Source of the DNA: Spirochaetota bacterium
GTDB lineage: Bacteria; Spirochaetota; UBA6919; CBDBPB01
Direction: 5' to 3'
Assembly: GCA_965208615.1 (NCBI GenBank)
Contig: CBDBPB010000007.1
Location: 160,001-224,000, forward strand
DNA length: 64,000 nt
Part shown: positions 40,026-51,275 of the stretch, in pieces
Numbering within the stretch: position 1 is the stretch's first letter
Layout: every line of letters begins with the position of its first letter
Position numbers and translations under genes: made by a program
Notes under the pieces: generated by a model
Seen by the model: only the letters and a program-made list of their open reading frames with translations
The model's database searches: none
What the model was told of the DNA's origin: nothing

Positions 40026-41582
40026 TTGTGTTCTATGAGTAGTATAAAGGATATTTCAAAAGTTTTAATTGTAAATGATTCCACCAGCGAGCAAGCTTTA
40101 ATTAGTGATATGCTAATTATTTTTCATACTAAAATTGTAGAAAATGAATTTCATTTATTTAATGTACTTAGCTCTTGGGAACCTAATATTATTATTATGA
40201 ATAATGTTCTAATTGACTCAGACGGATATACACTTGCTGAGAAGATTCGTTCTAATTCTAATTTTGATTATATTCCAATTATTCTAACAGCATCTCAGGA
40301 TCATCCAGTGGATATTCAAAGGGCTTATGAAGTAGGCTGTAATTCTTATTTGAACAAGCCTTTTTCTAAAGAGAAGCTTTTGGATACTTTTTCATCTTTC
40401 GGCTCTAAGCATAGGAGTATTTCTACCAATCTTCTTATAGTAGAGGATTCAAGGGCAATTCGTACTATTATATCGGCTCCATTTATGAAGAATCAATATG
40501 TTGTTGAAGAGGCAGAAAATGGTGAGCATGCTCTTGAGATCCTAAAAACCTTTACTCCTGATGTGATGACTGTTGATATTGATATGCCAAAAATGGATGG
40601 CTTAACCTTGTGTGATAGGGTTAGGAAGATCGAACGTTTAAAAGATGTACCTGTAGTTGTTATTTCTGGAACTATTGACCATGAAATCAGGAGTAAGGGA
40701 TATGAAGTGGGAGCTATTGAGTTTTTCCAAAAGCCTTTTAGCTCCGAGGATATATTTTATTATATTGATCAACTTGTAGAGAGTCTTAGGAGTGATAATG
40801 ATGTAAAGATTTTGGTAGTAGAGGATTCTCCTATGGAACAGCATATTATAAAGTTTGCTCTTATGAGGGGGGGGTATAGACCCTATGTTATACCTAGTGG
40901 TGAGGAGGCTATAGAGCTTGCTAATAATGTTGAATTTGATCTCATATTAATGGATATATTGTTAGAGGGACAAGATGGATTATCTACATGCCGTATGTTA
41001 AAAGAAAATCCTAAGACTAGGGATATAGCTATTATAATGGTTACAGGGATAACTGATTCTATATTACAGAGTTTTGATGTTGGTGCAAACGATTATATCG
41101 GAAAGCCTTTTAGTACTGAGGAACTTGTTAGCAGGGTAAAGATTAATTTGGATAAGGCTTTATCGGTTGAGAAACAAAAAAGTTATCAGCTTTCTGTTGA
41201 AAAAAACTTTGAGTATAATGTTAAAAAACAGGATATGATTATAAAATATCTCATAAATTATATTAATGATTTAGTTATAATCATAGACTCTAGTGCCGCA
41301 CTTATTTATTGTAATAATGCTCTTATAGAGCTAACCGGAAGTACAGAAAAACAGCTTAAGGAAGAAAACTGGATAAAAATATTATTCCAGGAGCTGGTTG
41401 AACTCAACTACTTTACAGAGTGGCTAAAAGAAGCTAGTGAGGGCAGTGGTATTAGAGAACGGCAACTTGATATTAGTATTAATAATTTTAAAAAAACCTC
41501 TGTCAGCTGGAGTATCTTTTTACTAAAGGATATAAACGAGGATATAGAGGCTTATTTTATTGTAGGCAAACTTCCTTCATAG
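40026..41582 (+). CDS. Response regulator with three receiver domains and a C-terminal PAS-like domain
   Basis: Three REC motifs with KPF; the first lacks the phospho-Asp (IIIMNN). Confidence 0.85.
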   Translation: MCSMSSIKDISKVLIVNDSTSEQALISDMLIIFHTKIVENEFHLFNVLSSWEPNIIIMNNVLIDSDGYTLAEKIRSNSNFDYIPIILTASQDHPVDIQRAYEVGCNSYLNKPFSKEKLLDTFSSFGSKHRSISTNLLIVEDSRAIRTIISAPFMKNQYVVEEAENGEHALEILKTFTPDVMTVDIDMPKMDGLTLCDRVRKIERLKDVPVVVISGTIDHEIRSKGYEVGAIEFFQKPFSSEDIFYYIDQLVESLRSDNDVKILVVEDSPMEQHIIKFALMRGGYRPYVIPSGEEAIELANNVEFDLILMDILLEGQDGLSTCRMLKENPKTRDIAIIMVTGITDSILQSFDVGANDYIGKPFSTEELVSRVKINLDKALSVEKQKSYQLSVEKNFEYNVKKQDMIIKYLINYINDLVIIIDSSAALIYCNNALIELTGSTEKQLKEENWIKILFQELVELNYFTEWLKEASEGSGIRERQLDISINNFKKTSVSWSIFLLKDINEDIEAYFIVGKLPS

Positions 41583-41705
41583 ACTAATTTTTACGCTAAT
41601 CAATATTGATAATTTATAATAATAAAATTGACAAATTTTATCATTTTGGATTAATTTAATATTTTTTTAAAACGAAATATCTTAAATAAACCGGATAACT
41701 ATATT

Positions 41706-43535
41706 ATGATAGCAAGAATAAATAATCTTACTAAGTCCTATGCCAATAAGGAAGTGTTTTATAACATATCCTTTTCTATTATGAAAAATAAAAAGATAGG
41801 TCTTTTGGGCAATAATGGTGTTGGGAAAACTAGTCTCATGAACTGTATTTCTGGTATGGATAAGGAGTTTAATGGTAGTATAGAATTTAAATCTGGTTCT
41901 AGTATAGCTTATCTACATCAGAGTTTATATTTAAATCCCGATAGAACATTGGCTGAGGAGTGTTTACTACATTTTGATCCTGTTATAGACCTTAGGAATA
42001 AGGTTAAGGATATCGAACTTAATATTCATAAGGATTCCTCATTGCATAAAACTTATGGCGATATGCTACACCTTATTGAGGCAGAAGATGGATATAATAT
42101 CGAAAATAAAGTAGAGAAAGTTCTTAGTGGGTTAGGCTTTAGCAAAGATCAAATGAATCAAAAAATATCTACTATGAGTGGCGGTGAACAACGAAGAGGT
42201 CTTTTAGGAAAAATACTATTATCCGAAGCCAATCTCCTACTGCTCGATGAACCCACTAATCACCTTGATATATTCGCTATTAAATGGCTAGAAAGCTTTT
42301 TAAAGGGATATAAAGGGGCTATATTGATGGTATCCCATGACGTTAACCTTCTGGACGGACTTGTAGATGAGATTATAGAAATCGAAAATAATGGTATATG
42401 CTCTTATGGAGGGAATTATCAGTTTTACTTAAAAGAAAAAATAAAAAACTCGGAAAGCCTTAAAAAAGCCTATGACTTACAACAAAAACAAATTAAAAAA
42501 GAAAACGACTTCATTAGAATTAATATTGCAGGACAAAAAACTAAACAAGCTCAAAGTAGACGTAAAAAACTCGATAAGATAGATAGAATTACCTATATAA
42601 ATAAACAAAAAGAATGGTCATTCCATTTTTCTAATGATGTAATGCACCATAGAAACATTTTAGAGCTTAATAATCTGTCAAAAAACTATGGAAATAAAAC
42701 TATATTTAATAACTTATCCCTTAAAGTTGAAAAAGGGGATAGAATTGGACTAATAGGACAAAACGGTTGTGGGAAAACCTCTCTTATAAATACTATCTTG
42801 GATGGTAATAATAAAGCCGTAAAACTCAATACTAATATCAGAATTGCTTATTTTTCTCAGGGTGGACTAAACCTGAATATGGATTTATCGGTTTTGGATA
42901 ATATACAAAATAGTAAAATAACTGAAACAGAGGCTAGGAGCTATTTAGGCTTATTCCAGTTTAGCGGGGATAACGTTTTTAAGCCTGTGAACGTGTTAAG
43001 CGGAGGTGAGAAAACTAGATTAGCTATTCTAAAAATAATATTGATGCCTTGTGATCTTCTAATCCTTGATGAGCCTACTAATCACCTTGATATAGTAACA
43101 AGGGGTATATTATCACGGGCTCTGAAAGACTATAAAGGGACTATTTTAGCTGTATCACATGATCGAGGTTTTATTGACCACTTTGCAAATAGAATAGTTT
43201 TAATCGCCTCTCAAAAAGCCTATTCCTTTTATGGTAGGTATTCTGAAAACGAAAAAGAAATACTTAAACTAATTAGAGAACCATTAAATAATAATAAGGC
43301 ATATCCTAAAGAAGAGACTAAGACTAAAAAGAAAAATATTAACATATACAAAATTGATAGAATCGAGAAAATAATCGATGAACTAGAGCAAAAAAAAAAT
43401 AAACTTACCTCTTTATTAACTGACCCATCAATATACTCTAACTATCTTAAGTTAACAGAAATACAAAAAGAACTTGATGAAATAAATACCCTGTTAAAGA
43501 ATAGATATTCGGAATGGGAAAAACTCCATAACTAA
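41706..43535 (+). CDS. ABC-F family ATPase
   Basis: Two GxNGxGKT, SGGE and LDEPTNHLD sets; no TM; Uup-like C-terminal coil. Confidence 0.93.
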   Translation: MIARINNLTKSYANKEVFYNISFSIMKNKKIGLLGNNGVGKTSLMNCISGMDKEFNGSIEFKSGSSIAYLHQSLYLNPDRTLAEECLLHFDPVIDLRNKVKDIELNIHKDSSLHKTYGDMLHLIEAEDGYNIENKVEKVLSGLGFSKDQMNQKISTMSGGEQRRGLLGKILLSEANLLLLDEPTNHLDIFAIKWLESFLKGYKGAILMVSHDVNLLDGLVDEIIEIENNGICSYGGNYQFYLKEKIKNSESLKKAYDLQQKQIKKENDFIRINIAGQKTKQAQSRRKKLDKIDRITYINKQKEWSFHFSNDVMHHRNILELNNLSKNYGNKTIFNNLSLKVEKGDRIGLIGQNGCGKTSLINTILDGNNKAVKLNTNIRIAYFSQGGLNLNMDLSVLDNIQNSKITETEARSYLGLFQFSGDNVFKPVNVLSGGEKTRLAILKIILMPCDLLILDEPTNHLDIVTRGILSRALKDYKGTILAVSHDRGFIDHFANRIVLIASQKAYSFYGRYSENEKEILKLIREPLNNNKAYPKEETKTKKKNINIYKIDRIEKIIDELEQKKNKLTSLLTDPSIYSNYLKLTEIQKELDEINTLLKNRYSEWEKLHN

Positions 43536-43549
43536 TAAAATATAGGTGG

Positions 43550-45142
43550 ATGATGTATAGCATAGAAATTAGTAAAAATGGCTATCCAACGTTAAAGTTC
43601 AATGAAAGTTATATACATAGTAGGTATAACCCCGTGTTAGAGGGACTCCGCCTTACTAAAACCCTTGATATTGATAATAAAAACTGTATTATTGTATTCG
43701 GAATGGGTCTAGGTTATCATATTATGCCTTTGCTGGAACTAGGTATTAGGATTCTTGTTATTGAGAAAAATCCTGATATTATTAACTGCTTAAGGCAGGT
43801 TGGCTATACTAATAGATTTAGCAGTATTCATTTATATACAGGGGATGTTTTGGGTATAGAGCTGTGGCTGTCTGATAGGGTTAGTGAGGGGGATAGTGTT
43901 ATATTTTTCGATCATAATCCGTCTAGCAAACTGGATACCCATTACTATAATACTGCTAAGAATATCGCTTATGGTATTATTAAGTCTAACATACACAGCT
44001 ATATTACTAGCTTGGGCTTTTCTAAAAGGTGGCATGAGAACGTTATTAAAAATGTTATACACCTAAATAGATTTTTAAAGGTTAATAAAAACGTTGATAT
44101 GCCTGTTTTTATTATTGGAAGCGGACCAACACTTGATCAGAATATAGACAAGCTGGCAAAAATAAAAAATAAAGGGATATTAATATGTTTGGCTCCATCT
44201 TATAGACGTTTACTGGCTTCGAATATAATACCAGACTTTGTTATATCAACCGATGGGGGTATAGCTAATCGAATGCACATTTCTGGCCATAGCTTTAATA
44301 ATAAATCCATTTTGATTACCAGCCTCTCTGTAAGCACTAATATAATTAATACCTGGAAAGGGAATATCCTCATTATTAATAACGGACTCACCATTGAGGA
44401 CTACCTATTAGACGATTTTATTAAAATACCTATGCAGGGTACTGTTGCATCTGCCGCCTTTTTGTTTGCTAAAAAGTTGTTTAGGGGATCTGTTTTTTTA
44501 TTTGGTATAGATTTTGCCTTTACTAATGGATTATATCATCATAAAGGTGCAGGGCTAGAGAGTAAGATACTTTTTACTACTAACAAACTAAGCCCTTTTG
44601 AAAATAAATATTATAAACTTATAACCGGATTTAATATTAGCACTGTTAAAAATTACAGCGGCAAGGATATATTAACTAGTTTACCTATGGAGTCTTATCT
44701 TAGATGGTTTAGCAGGGAAGTGCTTAATGGTGATAGGGATGTCTATGTTGTTGGTAATAACGGAGCTAAGATTGATGGTGTTAAAAATATTACTACTGAA
44801 GAGCTTTGTCTTAGGTATGATGATGTTGATAAGGACAAAATGTTAAAGCCTATGGTTAACTCTTTATCAATAAATGAGATCAATAGGATTAAGGAAAGGG
44901 TATTTAAACTTTATCAAGGCTATATGCAGATTAAAAAAGAAATCCGTAATAATTATGAGGCCATTTATTCTCTTCTGGAAAAGGATAGTGAAAAAGCTAT
45001 TGGACAAATATTCTCTTTTCAAAATATGAGACTAATCAAAAAGCTTAAAAGAAATAACCTTTCTACTGAGGATTATAACGATTTTTCCTATTCCATAAAT
45101 AGAACCTTAAACATATTAAAGAGGTCAATATCTGGCTGTTAG
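43550..45142 (+). CDS. Motility-associated factor (Maf) / MptE-like glycosyltransferase
   Basis: YIHSRYNP, FGMGLGYH, GSGPTLD, GTVA and GIDFAF motifs. Confidence 0.8.
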   Translation: MMYSIEISKNGYPTLKFNESYIHSRYNPVLEGLRLTKTLDIDNKNCIIVFGMGLGYHIMPLLELGIRILVIEKNPDIINCLRQVGYTNRFSSIHLYTGDVLGIELWLSDRVSEGDSVIFFDHNPSSKLDTHYYNTAKNIAYGIIKSNIHSYITSLGFSKRWHENVIKNVIHLNRFLKVNKNVDMPVFIIGSGPTLDQNIDKLAKIKNKGILICLAPSYRRLLASNIIPDFVISTDGGIANRMHISGHSFNNKSILITSLSVSTNIINTWKGNILIINNGLTIEDYLLDDFIKIPMQGTVASAAFLFAKKLFRGSVFLFGIDFAFTNGLYHHKGAGLESKILFTTNKLSPFENKYYKLITGFNISTVKNYSGKDILTSLPMESYLRWFSREVLNGDRDVYVVGNNGAKIDGVKNITTEELCLRYDDVDKDKMLKPMVNSLSINEINRIKERVFKLYQGYMQIKKEIRNNYEAIYSLLEKDSEKAIGQIFSFQNMRLIKKLKRNNLSTEDYNDFSYSINRTLNILKRSISGC

Positions 45143-45165
45143 AGCTATTAGTTAGAGTAGTTTTT

Positions 45166-45954
45166 TTATATTCCAAAGAGGTTAATAATAAAGGCGTTTA
45201 GTATATAGTCGGATAATATCATTGCAACGCTGGATAGTACAACTCCTTTAGTAGTTGATTTTCCTACACCTTCTGCACCGCCAAAAGTTCTAAATCCTTG
45301 TGTACAGCTTATTATAGCCATTAGTCCGCCAAAGAAAGAGGACTTTATAACTCCTCCAATAATATCCCCAAGGCTGACATAAAGACGAATCTGAGTCATG
45401 TAGGTATTAACGTTCTGATCAAACATACTAATGGCAATAATACCTCCGCCTATTATGCCAACAATATCAGCTATTATAGTTAATACAGGGAACATAGTAA
45501 TTGCGGCAAGAAATCTTGGTACAGCTAAATACTGAACAGGATTAACAGACAAAGTAACAAGAGCATCAATTTGCTCAGAAACCTTCATAGTACCAATCTC
45601 AGCGGCTATAGCTGATCCTATTCTACCAGTAACCATAAGAGAAGTAAATCCAGGTCCAAGTTCACGTACAAATGCAACCCCTACAATTGCACCCAAATAT
45701 TGAGCCGTGCCTTGTAATCTAGCCTCAAGAGTAAAGCCAGTTTGTAGTGCAAGGACCATCCCAATGGATAATGCGGTAATAAGTGCCACAGGTATAGAGC
45801 TGAAGCCTATTTTAACCATTTGTTCTAGTAGGTTTTTAACTGAAAAAGGCCTTTTAAAGCAGAAGATAATAGTTTGGTATGCTAGCTTACTCATTTCTCC
45901 AAGATGGATAAGGCTATTAGTAACTTTGTTTTCTATATGATCTAATATTTTCAT
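45166..45954 (-). CDS. mlaE: MlaE-family ABC permease
   Basis: RELGP, GRIGSAIAAEIGTMKVSEQIDAL, GGAEGVG. Confidence 0.92.
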   Translation of the reverse strand: MKILDHIENKVTNSLIHLGEMSKLAYQTIIFCFKRPFSVKNLLEQMVKIGFSSIPVALITALSIGMVLALQTGFTLEARLQGTAQYLGAIVGVAFVRELGPGFTSLMVTGRIGSAIAAEIGTMKVSEQIDALVTLSVNPVQYLAVPRFLAAITMFPVLTIIADIVGIIGGGIIAISMFDQNVNTYMTQIRLYVSLGDIIGGVIKSSFFGGLMAIISCTQGFRTFGGAEGVGKSTTKGVVLSSVAMILSDYILNAFIINLFGI

Positions 45955-45972
45955 GTATAGTTTTGGTTAAAA

Positions 45973-47325
45973 TTATCCACTTTTTGCAAGATTATCAAAC
46001 CTAGTTATGTTAGAATTAAAAGCTAGTTGCACTGTTCCAATAGGGCCGTTACGCTGTTTAGCAATAATTACTTCTGCACTACCTTTGTTATCTTCGTTAT
46101 CTGGGAAGTAATATTCATCTCTATAAATGAATGAAACAACATCGGCATCCTGTTCAATGGCTCCAGAATCTCTTAGATCAGAAAGCTTTGGCCTATGATC
46201 TCCACCTCTAGCCTCTACACCCCTGGATAACTGAGAAATAGCAATAACAGGGATCTCAAGTTCTCTTGCCATTGCCTTTAGTGAACGAGAAATAGATGCA
46301 ATTTCATTTTGTCTATTTTCAGACCTTTGAGTATTAGGAGAAGACATTAATTGTAAGTAATCAATAATAATAAGACTAATTTCTTCTCTTACCATAAGTC
46401 GTCGAGTTTTTGCTCTAATATCTAAAGTGGATAAAGAAGGAGAGTCATCCAAAAATATCTTTGCCTTAGAAAGCTCAGAAACTGCACTCGTAATTTTAGG
46501 AAAATCATTAGGTTTAATCTTGCCACTACGTAAAGCATTGGAACTTATTCTCGAATAAGAACTTATAAGCCTTTGACATAGTTGATGTTTATCCATTTCT
46601 AAAGAAAAAAAGATGATGCCCTGTTTATATCTCATGGCAATATTCTCTGTTATATTCAAACAGAAAGTGGTTTTACCCATAGATGGTCTTGCGGCAATAA
46701 TAATAAGATCAGACTTTTGGAATCCGCTAGTCATATTATCGAGTTCGGTAAATCCAGACGCTAAACCTGAATAACTACCCTTAAGATAATATCTTTGTTC
46801 TAATAGCTCTAATGTCTCATTAATAACTTGTTTTATGGGAATAATATCTTGTCTTATACGCTGTTTAGCAATCTCAAATATCTTTGACTCAGCCCTATCT
46901 ACTATTTCTGATGCCTCATCAGTACCATGGTATGCGTTGCTAACAATGTCGGTACAGGCAGTTATTAAGGTTCTAATTAGCCCTTTATCCTTTATGATTT
47001 TGATGTAATATTCAATGTTAGCAGATGTAGGTATGAATTCAACTAATTCATTTAAATATGCGGGTCCACCAGCTTTATTATAACTATGATTGTCTTTAAG
47101 GATATTATTAACAGTAACAAGGTCAATAGGTTCTTCTTTTTCGAAAAGATCTATCATAGCCTTGACAATATACTTATGAACCTCTTTGTAAAAAGAATCT
47201 ATATTTATTAGTTCAATAACTTTAGAAATAGCATTTTTATCTATGAGCATTGAGGCAATAATAGCTTTTTCTGCTTCAATACTTTGAGGAGGTGTTTTTT
47301 CTAATAAACTAGAGGTTTTATGCAT
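45973..47325 (-). CDS. dnaB: Replicative DNA helicase
   Basis: AARPSMGKT, DYLQLM, LRDSGAIEQDAD, KQRNGP. Confidence 0.98.
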   Translation of the reverse strand: MHKTSSLLEKTPPQSIEAEKAIIASMLIDKNAISKVIELINIDSFYKEVHKYIVKAMIDLFEKEEPIDLVTVNNILKDNHSYNKAGGPAYLNELVEFIPTSANIEYYIKIIKDKGLIRTLITACTDIVSNAYHGTDEASEIVDRAESKIFEIAKQRIRQDIIPIKQVINETLELLEQRYYLKGSYSGLASGFTELDNMTSGFQKSDLIIIAARPSMGKTTFCLNITENIAMRYKQGIIFFSLEMDKHQLCQRLISSYSRISSNALRSGKIKPNDFPKITSAVSELSKAKIFLDDSPSLSTLDIRAKTRRLMVREEISLIIIDYLQLMSSPNTQRSENRQNEIASISRSLKAMARELEIPVIAISQLSRGVEARGGDHRPKLSDLRDSGAIEQDADVVSFIYRDEYYFPDNEDNKGSAEVIIAKQRNGPIGTVQLAFNSNITRFDNLAKSG

Positions 47326-47877
47326 TTACTGTGTCTCTGTTTTATTTTCCTCAGTCTTGCCTTCAGTTTTGTTCTTAGTTTTGTCTTCAGTTTTGTTCTT
47401 AGTTTTGTCTTCAGTTTTGTCTTTTTCTTCGTTAATAACCTTAAGCTTGATAATAGCATATAGGTTTCCGTAAAACTTAATTTTAATGTCATAGTCTCCA
47501 ATTAGCTTAATGGGCTTTGTTAGTAATATTTGCCTTTTATCAAGATTATAGTTTTTTTCATTTTTGAGAATATTATATATATCCAGCTGAGTTATAGATC
47601 CGAAGAGTTTACCAGTATCTGATGCATTGGCTTTAAGTGTAAGTTCTAGGTTATTCACTTGTTCTACTAAAGACTTTGATGCATCGATTTTTTTAGATTT
47701 TCTATCATCAATTTCTTCTTTTTCTTTTTCAAGCTTGTTAAGATTAGCTTTAGTTTTTGCTACAGCAAAACCAAAAGGTAATAAATAATTTCTTGCATAA
47801 CCGGCAGTTACTTTTTTAATATCCCCTTCTTCTCCGAGTCCATCTATATCTTTTTTTAGAATTATATCTGTTGTCAT
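47326..47877 (-). CDS. rplI: 50S ribosomal protein L9 with a repeat C-terminal tail (TEDKTKNK, 24 bp)
   Basis: GYARNYLLP, GKLFGSIT. Confidence 0.96.
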   Translation of the reverse strand: MTTDIILKKDIDGLGEEGDIKKVTAGYARNYLLPFGFAVAKTKANLNKLEKEKEEIDDRKSKKIDASKSLVEQVNNLELTLKANASDTGKLFGSITQLDIYNILKNEKNYNLDKRQILLTKPIKLIGDYDIKIKFYGNLYAIIKLKVINEEKDKTEDKTKNKTEDKTKNKTEGKTEENKTETQ

Positions 47878-47921
47878 TATATTACCCCATAAAATAGTTA
47901 AATAACGTTAAGCTAGTATAC

Positions 47922-48236
47922 CTAATAAGATTGAGTAAAAGGTAAAAGTGCAACGGTTCTTGCTTTTTTAATTTCACGAGTAATAAGTCGTTGATGCTTA
48001 GCACAAGTACCATTTAGCCTTCTTGGTATAATTTTTCCTTTTTCTGTTACGAACTTCCTAAGTAGGCCGATATTTTTATAGTCTATGTTTATACTGTCTG
48101 AGCCACTATACATTTGACATATTCTACATACTTTTTTTCTATAATAAAAAACCCGTTTTTTTTGGTATGACTGCTGATAAGGCCTAGGTTGTTTCGAAGT
48201 TTTACTATCATTAGTATTGCTAGAATTAGTTTCCAT
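47922..48236 (-). CDS. rpsR: 30S ribosomal protein S18
   Basis: [24 protein letters not shown]. Confidence 0.97.
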   Translation of the reverse strand: METNSSNTNDSKTSKQPRPYQQSYQKKRVFYYRKKVCRICQMYSGSDSINIDYKNIGLLRKFVTEKGKIIPRRLNGTCAKHQRLITREIKKARTVALLPFTQSY

Positions 48237-48328
48237 AGATTTTCCTCATTTGTAATATTAAGTTATGTTATACATAAATATAATACAGATATTTATAGTA
48301 AACCCTTATAATTAAAAATAATTAATAG

Positions 48329-48757
48329 TTAAAAAGGAATGTCATCATCCTCGGGGAAAGGAGCATTAAAATCACCAGAATCTGTTTGTTCCGTAGATCT
48401 CTGAGTGTTATTAGGGCTTTGATTAGCTGAACCCCCTATGAACTGTATTTTATCAGCAATAATCTCTATCTTATAACGCTTTTGTCCATTTTGATCTTCC
48501 CATCGATTTTGCCTTAGATAGCCGCCAACAGCAACCTGCCTACCCTTTTGAAGATATTTATGACAGTTTTCTGCAGTAGGGCCAAAAGATACTATATCAA
48601 AAAATGAGACTTCATTATCTGATGACTCATCTCTTTTAGCTTTTCCATTAACAGCTATACTAAATGGACAAACTGCAAGACCAGATTTAGTATATCTTAT
48701 TTCTGGATCTTTAGTTAACCTACCAATTAATAAAACATTATTTATGTCCCAAGCCAT
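48329..48757 (-). CDS. ssb: Single-stranded DNA-binding protein
   Basis: INNVLLIGRLTKDPE; DDIPF tail. Confidence 0.98.
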   Translation of the reverse strand: MAWDINNVLLIGRLTKDPEIRYTKSGLAVCPFSIAVNGKAKRDESSDNEVSFFDIVSFGPTAENCHKYLQKGRQVAVGGYLRQNRWEDQNGQKRYKIEIIADKIQFIGGSANQSPNNTQRSTEQTDSGDFNAPFPEDDDIPF

Positions 48758-48806
48758 AATAAACTCCCTTAATAAAGCTATAGTATTACTTTTATTAGTT
48801 AAGCTT

Positions 48807-49169
48807 TTATTTGGTTTTATCAGTTTCTATATTAGTATGTTTTTCAGAAGGATCATTTTTTATTTCTTTCTTTTTCTTTTTTTTAGATAGTTTTTTATCT
48901 TTAATTATTGTTGTCATATACTTTAATACTTTTTCGTTTAGTTTGACATCGTTATTAATATCTTTGAGAGTAGAAGGATCAAGTTCTACTTCAGCCAAGT
49001 AATAGAATGCATTTTCTCGTTTTTTAATTTTATAGGCAAGTTTTTTTATTCCCATTTCTTCTTCTTTTAGGAAGTTGCATCCATATTTCTTTAGTAGTTC
49101 TTTTACATCTTCTTTTGTTTTTTGTTCTTCAAAGACGTCTAAAATAAACATTATTTCATATTTTCTCAA
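48807..49169 (-). CDS. rpsF: 30S ribosomal protein S6
   Basis: RKYEIMFI, GIKKLAYKI; TTG start. Confidence 0.95.
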   Translation of the reverse strand: MRKYEIMFILDVFEEQKTKEDVKELLKKYGCNFLKEEEMGIKKLAYKIKKRENAFYYLAEVELDPSTLKDINNDVKLNEKVLKYMTTIIKDKKLSKKKKKKEIKNDPSEKHTNIETDKTK

Positions 49170-49176
49170 TACAAGG

Positions 49177-49222
49177 CTCCTTTTGGACTTCTGTTCCTTA
49201 ACTAGATTAAGGACAAGGTAAG
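49177..49222 (-). promoter_or_regulatory. Probable S6:S18 ribosomal leader
   Basis: Minus strand cctt-gtccttaa-tctag-ttaaggaac-agaagtccaa-aaggag; the outer stem can sequester the rpsF SD; TTGACA upstream at 49255-49260. Confidence 0.45.
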
Positions 49223-49433
49223 ATAAATCTTAAATATAATAAAATTCATATATTTGTCAAGAAAATTAAATATTAGCTAAAGAATTAGTTATCATCAAGA
49301 TAGCTTTTAGTTATAGCGATAATCATATTATGATATTTTCTTTTTTGATAATAAAGCTTCATTTTTTTAAAATAAATTAATTTTATAAGGCTTTTATTTA
49401 ATATATAAAAATTATAATAAAAATCATAATATA

Positions 49434-49462
49434 TTGACTCAATGGTGTTAGCATATTAAAAT
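49434..49462 (+). promoter_or_regulatory. Sigma70 promoter
   Basis: TTGACT-N17-TAAAAT, about 360 nt before the NtrC-family gene. Confidence 0.5.
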
Positions 49463-49820
49463 GATAAAGAGCTGACTCTTTCAGTTGAAAGGCTATAACA
49501 AATTATTGTAACTTAAATATAATTTTATGGCGATATAGCTAAAAGTTGCATGACTAATTTACCGATAATAAGTAACAAGTTGAGCTATCTAGTTATATAC
49601 TAAATAGATAAGTTATGAGTTTGCTTTTATAATAACTAAGAGAGGAATTAATCATAAGCAAAATTATAACAATTGCTACTATACAACTCGCTGAAATACA
49701 GCTTTACTGTTCTAGTATATAAGGCATGGCTTCTAATTTTATATTAGTAATTATTTAAAAGGTCTATTTTGTTAATACTAATGACGTTAGTAAGTTCAAG
49801 TTTTTATATTAAAGCGGGGA

Positions 49821-51143
49821 ATGTTAATGAAAACAGTTTTAGTTGCTGATGACAATGAAAAACTACAGCAGACATTAACAAAATTCTTAAAATTAAATAA
49901 TTTTTGTCCTATTAATGCTTTATCTATTGGTAAGGCTATATCTCTATTTAAACAAAAACGTTTTTCTATAATACTATTAGATCAGAATATGCCTGATGGA
50001 AGAGGCATGAATGCAATTAAAAAATTCCAGGCAATTGATAAAGATATCCCTATTGTAATGATTACAGGATATGGAGATGTTACCACCGCAGTAGAGGCTA
50101 TGAAACTTGGAGCAAAAGACTTTATACCAAAGCCTATAAACTATAAAAGACTACTTGCAGTTTTGAATATATTAACTCATAATAGTGATTTTGAGGATAG
50201 TCAAAAAACAGATAATGAAGAGAAATTACTTTGTACTAGTAAGGCTTTTATAGATATAATAAACCAAGTTAACATTATTTCAAAGAGTGACTTTTCTATT
50301 ATTCTTGAAGGAGAAACTGGTACAGGAAAATCATACCTAGCTAACTATATACATAGCCGTAGTAATAGGTCTAAAAATCCTTTTGTTAAAGTTGATGTTG
50401 GTAGAATACCTGATTCACTGGTAGAAGCTGAGCTATTTGGATATGTTAAAGGTGCTTTTACTGGTGCTGATAAGGATAGAAAGGGATATTTTGAACTAGC
50501 TGATAAGGGGACTATCTTCTTAGACGAAATTGAGAATATGTCCCTTTATGTTCAGAGCAAGCTTTTATCCTTTGCGGAAGATGGAAAAGTTTATCCATTA
50601 GGCCAGTCTAATTCAATGGGACTTGATTTGCGTATTATTACGGCTACTAACCAGGATATTAAAACAAAGATGGTTGAAAGAGAATTTAGAAAAGATTTAT
50701 TTTATAGGATAGGTGAATTTGTTATTACTGTACCGCCTTTGAGGGAGCGTATAGAAGATATAGTTAGTTTGTTTAGGTATTTTCTTAAAAGTTCGGCAAA
50801 AAAGCTAAATAAGACTATAGAGGGCTTTTCTGAGGACTCTATGAGGCTATTAACTGGTTATAGTTGGCCGGGTAATATTAGAGAATTAAAAATGGTGGCT
50901 AATAGGGCTGTATTACTATGTAATAACAAGATTATTAGACCTAATAATATTGTATTAAGCAACTTAACTACAAAGAAGAAAGAAAGTGCATCTTTTTCTT
51001 TAAAAAAAGCTCTTGCCGAAATAGAAAAGGATATGGTAGAAAAAGCATTATTAGAGACAAAAGGGAATAAGTCAAAAGCCGCTTCTATATTAGAAATAGA
51101 TTATAAAACTCTTTTATCTAAGATTGCAAAGCATCACATTTAG
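49821..51143 (+). CDS. Sigma54-dependent NtrC-family response regulator
   Basis: REC, GETGTGKS, GAFTGA, WPGNIREL, Fis HTH. Confidence 0.95.
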   Translation: MLMKTVLVADDNEKLQQTLTKFLKLNNFCPINALSIGKAISLFKQKRFSIILLDQNMPDGRGMNAIKKFQAIDKDIPIVMITGYGDVTTAVEAMKLGAKDFIPKPINYKRLLAVLNILTHNSDFEDSQKTDNEEKLLCTSKAFIDIINQVNIISKSDFSIILEGETGTGKSYLANYIHSRSNRSKNPFVKVDVGRIPDSLVEAELFGYVKGAFTGADKDRKGYFELADKGTIFLDEIENMSLYVQSKLLSFAEDGKVYPLGQSNSMGLDLRIITATNQDIKTKMVEREFRKDLFYRIGEFVITVPPLRERIEDIVSLFRYFLKSSAKKLNKTIEGFSEDSMRLLTGYSWPGNIRELKMVANRAVLLCNNKIIRPNNIVLSNLTTKKKESASFSLKKALAEIEKDMVEKALLETKGNKSKAASILEIDYKTLLSKIAKHHI

Positions 51144-51275
51144 TCTACTTTTTAGCTTTGTAAGCTTATAGCTGAAAAACAACTCTAAAAATATATATAA
51201 ATTTAACTTTTAATATTATTTTGTAATTTTTTTAGGTTATCGCTGTATTATATAGTGTTAATTATTTTAGATAGT

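Noticed and set aside
49463-49820. Riboswitch in the long leader before the NtrC-family gene
   Set aside because: Only one short hairpin (agctga/tcagtt); no recognisable aptamer consensus.
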